A DNA stretch of 64,000 nt from Glaucostegus cemiculus. Taxonomy: Eukaryota. The position numbers and the translations under genes were made by a program. Below are positions 61,800 to 64,000 of this stretch, in pieces. Each line of letters starts with the position of its first letter. The stretch's first letter is position 1. Location: contig CDPCPM010000060.1 in NCBI GenBank assembly GCA_976551045.1, positions 4,712,001 through 4,776,000 of the forward strand, written 5' to 3'. The notes below the pieces were generated by a model. The model ran no database searches, was not told the origin of the DNA, and worked only from the letters and a program-made list of their open reading frames with translations.

Positions 61800-63180
61800 C
61801 AAGCCTGCACAGAAGAGTGAGAGAGCAGCAGTGATGGAGGTTTCAATCATTAGTAGGGGAGGGTGGGGAGAGGAAAGTAAGCATTTCAGTGGCTGTAGAC
61901 TCAACTCCAGGATGTGTTGTGTCCCTAACTCAGGATCAAGAGTGTCACTGGATAGCTGCAGAGCATCTGGAAAGGAAGCAGTGAACAAAGAGGTTGCGCT
62001 CCATATTGACATCAACAACATAGGTAAGGAAAGGAATGAGTACATGCAGACAAAGTTTAGGGAGCTAAAACAAAAGAGCTCAATGGTGGTAATCTCAGAG
62101 TTATTCGCAGTGACATGTACAAACAAGTACAGAAATAGGTGATTGGAGCAAATGAATGTATGGCTGGAGCGATGGTGCAGGATGAAGGGCTTTTGATTTC
62201 TGAAGCAAAAGGACAATTTTTGGGCCAGGATAGGCCTGTACAAATCAGACAGATTGCACCTCAGCAAGACTGGGACCAATATCCTCACAAGGAGGTTTGT
62301 TAGTGCTATTGGTGAGGATTGTTAAACTAGCTTGGCAGGAGATGGGAACCTCAAGCAGAATTCAAGGAGAGAAACAGAGCAGGAAGTGAAGGTTTGAAAA
62401 GTACTAAGTGAAATAAATAGACAGCAGGAACAAAGGCAAGCAGTAAATGGGAAAAATACAGAAAAAAATGTTAAAATGGAAAACTGAAGGTACCATATCT
62501 AAATGCTCACATTTGCAACGTAAATGAATTAATGGTACAAATAGAACATACTGTGTCTGTTTACTTCTAAGTGTCATTACAGAAACATGAGGAAACTGAA
62601 TGTTCAAGGAATATTTGGCAGGCAGAAAGGAAAAGGAGATGGTGAAAGGCTATATAAAGGGAGGAGATCAGTGCAGTGGTTAAAAATGATCTTAGATCAA
62701 CAGACATTATATATAATTACTGCCATTTGGGTTGGACCAAGAAAGAGAAAAGGGCAGGAAATATTGGGAGGAATTATTTATAGGCCACCAAATAGTAGCC
62801 ATAATAATGGGCATGGCATAACTCAGGAAATTAGAGGTCAGGATAACTTGGATAATATCATAATCATGGGGGACCTTTATCTATTCTTAGATGGGAGAAG
62901 TTAAATTAGTAGTAATGAGGTGGAAGATAAATTCATGGAATTAGTACAAAATGGTTTTCTTAATCAATATTTTGAAACCTAGTTTTGTTCAATGAGGAGG
63001 AGTTCATTGATAATCCTTTACAGAAGATTCACTATTGCTTGATACAATTCTTCAATCCAAAACTAGGGTCTTAAATCTAAACAAATCAAACTACAAGGGT
63101 GAGGAGTGAGAATACTTCCACAGATTGGGGAGCTTCACTAAAGGCATGGTGATGGGAATGTAGTGGCTAACATTTAAGAA
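61800..63180 (+). mobile_element. Old CR1: decayed ORF1 esterase and ORF2 APE
   Basis: RMCCVP..HIDINNIG..VVISEL, the junction GTTAAACTAG at 62321-62330, then YRPPNS..IIMGDL. Confidence 0.8.
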
Positions 63181-63181
63181 A

Positions 63182-64000
63182 AGAAGACAGGAGACAGCAG
63201 ATGCTGGAATCTGGAGCAACAAACAAGCTGCTGGAGGAACTCGGTGGTTGAGCAGCATCTGTGGGGGGAAAGGAATTGTTGACATTTCAGATCAAAACCT
63301 TATGTCAGGACTAAGAATGGAGAGGGGAGATAGCCAGTATAAAAGAGGAGAGGGGAGGGGTCAGACAGGGACCAGTGATGATTGGTGGACTGAGGAGTTG
63401 CAAAGGATGATGGGCAGATTAAGCCAGATAGGGGAGGGGGACAGATGGAGATGGGGTACAGAGGGAGGTGGGTGATAGATGGAGGCAGACAGGAAAAAAA
63501 AGAGCTGGGACAGTGATAAGTATGTAGCAATGCAAAGACTAACAGTGCTGGAATCTGATGCAAGGAAGGTGATAATGGGAACCATTAGGGGAAAGGTCAA
63601 GGGCAGATGGAACCAGAACTACATGGAGGACAGGGGAGGCAAAACATGGGTAGTAGGTAGATGGCATCAGGAGGAGCAAGGCACACGAATGGGTGGACCA
63701 GAGGAGGATCGGAAGGAGGTGGGGAGGGGGCACACAGGAAGTCTGGGTTACCCAATTTTGGAAAATTCAATGGTTATACCATTGGGTTGTCGACCACCCA
63801 AGCAGAATACAAGGTGTTGCTCCTATAGTTTGCATTGGGGCTCATCCTGGCAATGGAGAAGGCAGAGGATGGATAGGTTTATGTGGGAACAGGAATGGGA
63901 ATTGAAATGGCATGCAACTGGGAGCTCGGGATGGCCACTGCAGAGCACAGATGCTGGGCAAATCAGTCGCCTAGTCTGCAATTGGCCTCACTGATGTAGA
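63182..64000 (-). mobile_element. Penelope-like element 3' part (GIY-YIG C-terminus + terminus), runs off the window
   Basis: Minus strand: YISEANCRLGD*FAQHL..PELPVACHFNS..EQHLVFCLG..QPNGITIEFS; decayed hammerhead at 63278-63312. Confidence 0.85.

Noticed and set aside
63479-63994. 171-aa plus-strand ORF
   Set aside because: It is antisense to the decayed PLE GIY-YIG/UTR.

Overview
This is eukaryotic, AT-rich, CpG-depleted vertebrate DNA. The repeat repertoire (CR1 LINEs with an SGNH-esterase ORF1, V-SINE/HE1-type and Deu-type SINEs, Rex1/Babar, RTE, Penelope-like elements) points to a cartilaginous fish, probably a batoid; this is inferred from recalled repeat families, not from a search. 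I recognise no host protein-coding gene, so the window looks intronic or intergenic, and nearly all long ORFs are retrotransposon-derived. Main contents: (1) a young 5'-truncated CR1 (56437-60341) with an intact 1011-codon APE+RT ORF2 and a 7-bp TSD; (2) a CR1-in-CR1 nest at 10.2-15.2 kb; (3) a 0.9-kb Penelope-derived fold-back with a 10-bp TSD and hammerhead ribozyme motifs in both arms; (4) many older LINE and SINE relics; (5) two unexplained long inverted repeats. The most notable signal is at the CR1 ORF1/ORF2 junction. Two divergent copies both end ORF1 with GGT-TTA-AAC-TAA, which places the slippery heptamer U_UUA_AAC in register with an ORF2 frame that is -1, opens only a few codons upstream and stays open into the endonuclease. 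In one copy ORF2 has no AUG before the endonuclease domain. This suggests an esterase-EN-RT fusion protein made by programmed -1 frameshifting. Boundaries of old, degenerate repeats are approximate and were read by eye.
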